Positions 61,501-64,000 of a stretch of 64,000 bases of DNA are shown piece by piece (within the stretch, counting starts at the first letter, position 1; every line of letters begins with the position of its first letter). The DNA is from Bugula neritina (Eukaryota > Animalia > Bryozoa). The translations under genes and the position numbers were made by a program. The notes beneath the pieces are model-generated. The model made no database searches. It had not been told where the DNA came from and saw only the letters and a program-made list of their open reading frames with translations. Location: NCBI GenBank assembly GCA_964035545.1, contig OZ037768.1:14889675-14953674 (forward strand), given 5' to 3'.

Positions 61501-64000
61501 ACTGCAACATACTGCAACATAATGAAATATATGGTAACCTACTGAAATATGTTGAAAACTACTGAAATATACTGCAACATTATGCAACATAATGAAAGAT
61601 ACTGCAATATACTGAAATAAACTGCAAGATACTGCAACATACTGAAATACACTGTAACATACTGAAATACACTGTAACATATTGAAATACACTGCGACAT
61701 ACTGAAATACACTGCGACATACTGCAACATACTGAAAAACGCTGTAACATATTGAAATACACTGCAACACATTGAAATATTCCGCAACATACCGAGATAT
61801 ATGGTAAGCTAATGAGATATACTGTAACACGTTGAAGTACACTGCAACATACTGAAATATGCTGTAGCATACTGAAATACACTGCAATACACTGAAGTAT
61901 ACTGTAATATACAGAAACGTACTGTAACATACTGAAACATACGGCAACATACTACAATATACTGTGACACATTGAAGTATACTGCAACATACTGAAATAC
62001 ACTGTAACATACTGAAATACACTGCAACATACTGAAATATACTGCATGATACTGCAACATACTGATACACATTGTAAGATACTGAAATGCACTGCAACAT
62101 ACTGAAATATACTGCATGATACTGCAACATACTCATACACGTTGTAAGATACTGAAATACACTGCAACATACCGCAACATACTGCAACGTATTGAATTAC
62201 ACTGTAACATATTGAAAAACACTGCAACACATTGAAACATACTGCAACATACTGAAACATACGGCAACATACTGAAATATACTGCGACACATTGAAATAT
62301 AGTGCAACATACTGAAATATGCTGTAGCATACTGAAATACACTGCAATACACTGAAGTATACTGTAATATACAGAAACGTACTGTAACATACTGAAACAT
62401 ACGGCAACATACTACAATATACTGTGACACATTGAAGTATACTGCAACATACTGAAATACACCGTAACATACTGAAATACACTGCAACATACTGAAATAC
62501 ACTGTAACATATTGAAATACACTGCATCACACTGAAATATACTGAAACATACCGAAATATATGGTAACCTACTGAAATATGTTGCAAACCACTAAAACAT
62601 ACTGCATCATCCTGCAACAAAATGAAATTTACGGTAACACTGAAGCATACTGCAATATACTGAAATATACTGTAACATACTAAAACATACTGCAACATAC
62701 CGAAAAATATGGTAACCTACTGAAATATGTTACAAACTACTGAAACATACTGCAACATACTGCAACATAACGAAACATACTGCAACAAACTGAAAGATAC
62801 TGCAACATACTGAAATACACTATAGAATACCCAAATATACTGCAACATACTGAAATATACTGCAAGATACTGCAAAATACTGAAGTACATTGTAAGATAC
62901 CTAAATACACTGCAACATACTGCAACATACTGCAACATATTGAAATACACTGTAACATATTGAAAAACAGTGCAACACATTGAAATATACCGCAACATAC
63001 CGAAGTATATGGTAGCCTACTGAAATATACTGCGACATACTGAAATACACTGTAACGTACTGAAATACACTGCAACATACTGAAATACACTGTAACAGAT
63101 TAAAATACACTGCAACACACTGAAATATACTGAAACATACTGAAATATATGGTAACCCACTAAAATCTGTTGCAGACCACTGAAATATACTGCAACATAC
63201 TGCAACATAATGAATAATACTGCAACATACTGAAAAATACTGCAAGATACCGCAACATACTGATACACATTGTAAGATACTGAAATACACTGCAACATAC
63301 CGCAACATACTGCAACGTATTGAAATACACTGTAACATATTGAAAAACACTGCAACACATTGAAATATACTGCAACATACTGAAACATACGGCAACATAC
63401 TGAAATATACTGCGACACATTGAAATATAGTGCAACATACTGAAATATGCTGTAGCATACTGAAATACACTGCAATACACTGAAATATATGTAATATACA
63501 GATTCGTATTGTAACATACTGAAACATACGGCAACATACTAAAATATACTGCGACACATTGAAATATACTGCAACATACTGAAATACACCGTAACATACT
63601 AAACTCCACTGCAACATTCTGAAATACACTGTAACACATTGAAATACACTGCAACACAGGGAATTATACTGAAATACATTGTAAGATACGGAAACACACT
63701 GCAACATACTGTAACATAAAGAAATATAAGGTAACCTACTGAAATATGTTGAAAACTACTGAAATATACTGCAACATAATGCAACATAATGAAAGATACT
63801 GCAACATACTGAAATAAACTGCAAGATACTGCAACATACTGAAATACACTGCAACACACTGAAGTATACTGTAATATACAGAAATGTACTGTAAAATACT
63901 GAAATATACTTCAACATACTGAAAAATACCTAAAAATATTGAAACATACTGATATACACTGAAACATACTGAAATACACTGCAACACATTGGAATATACT
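56770..64000 (+). repeat. About 3.35-3.40-kb higher-order unit, about two copies
   Basis: Offsets 3346 (56858/60204, 57606/60952) and 3395-3396 (59321/62717, 60341/63736). Confidence 0.85.

Larger units (their letters stand above)
34145..64000 (+). repeat. 10-bp satellite array, right of the retrotransposon insertion
   Basis: Same monomers and orientation resume at ATATAGTGCAAC (34145) and run off the right edge. Confidence 0.99.

Noticed and set aside
1690-63745. GGTAACC boxes as CRISPR repeats
   Set aside because: The intervening sequence is the same 10-bp satellite rather than unique spacers, spacing is irregular and long, and there are no cas genes.
250-63987. Hundreds of minus-strand Cys/Tyr/Val/Ser-rich ORFs as protein-coding genes
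   Set aside because: They overlap in all three frames with the same peptide pattern, follow a 10-bp rather than 3-bp period, and arise because the minus consensus has no stop codon.
1-64000. Telomeric repeat array
   Set aside because: The monomer lacks G runs, and kb-scale copying of variant patterns points to recombination or replication-based amplification rather than telomerase addition.
1-64000. Inversions, RNA genes or a species assignment
   Set aside because: No reverse-oriented monomers or tRNA/rRNA-like sequence were seen, and I do not recognise the satellite as a named family.

Overview
The window is eukaryotic satellite DNA, not a gene-bearing region. About 63.5 kb is one uninterrupted head-to-tail array of a 10-bp monomer (main variants GCAACATACT, GAAATATACT, GAAATACACT, GTAACATACT; roughly 6,350 copies, all in one orientation). 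The variants form nested higher-order repeats at 20, 70, 140-160, 238, 260, 1266, 1600-1800, about 3350, 4494, 5848 and about 11,700 bp. The 10-bp register is almost never broken. By my count the only phase shifts are 46 copies of one inherited 8-bp unit (GTAACACT), three single-base deletions and one insertion. The only non-satellite sequence is a 489-bp, 5'-truncated non-LTR retrotransposon at about 33656-34144 (+). It carries an intact ORF2 C-terminus of CR1/L2-group type, a 3' UTR stem-loop, AATAAA and a (CAAA)5 tail. It sits in one copy of a duplicated block whose sister copies are empty, and its 5' flank is rearranged. The hundreds of minus-strand Cys/Tyr/Val/Ser-rich ORFs are artefacts of the repeat. 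I found no support for a new protein-coding system. The interest lies in the satellite architecture and the young insertion. The organism cannot be determined from the sequence. Repeat boundaries were read by eye and from ORF-track offsets, so they are approximate.
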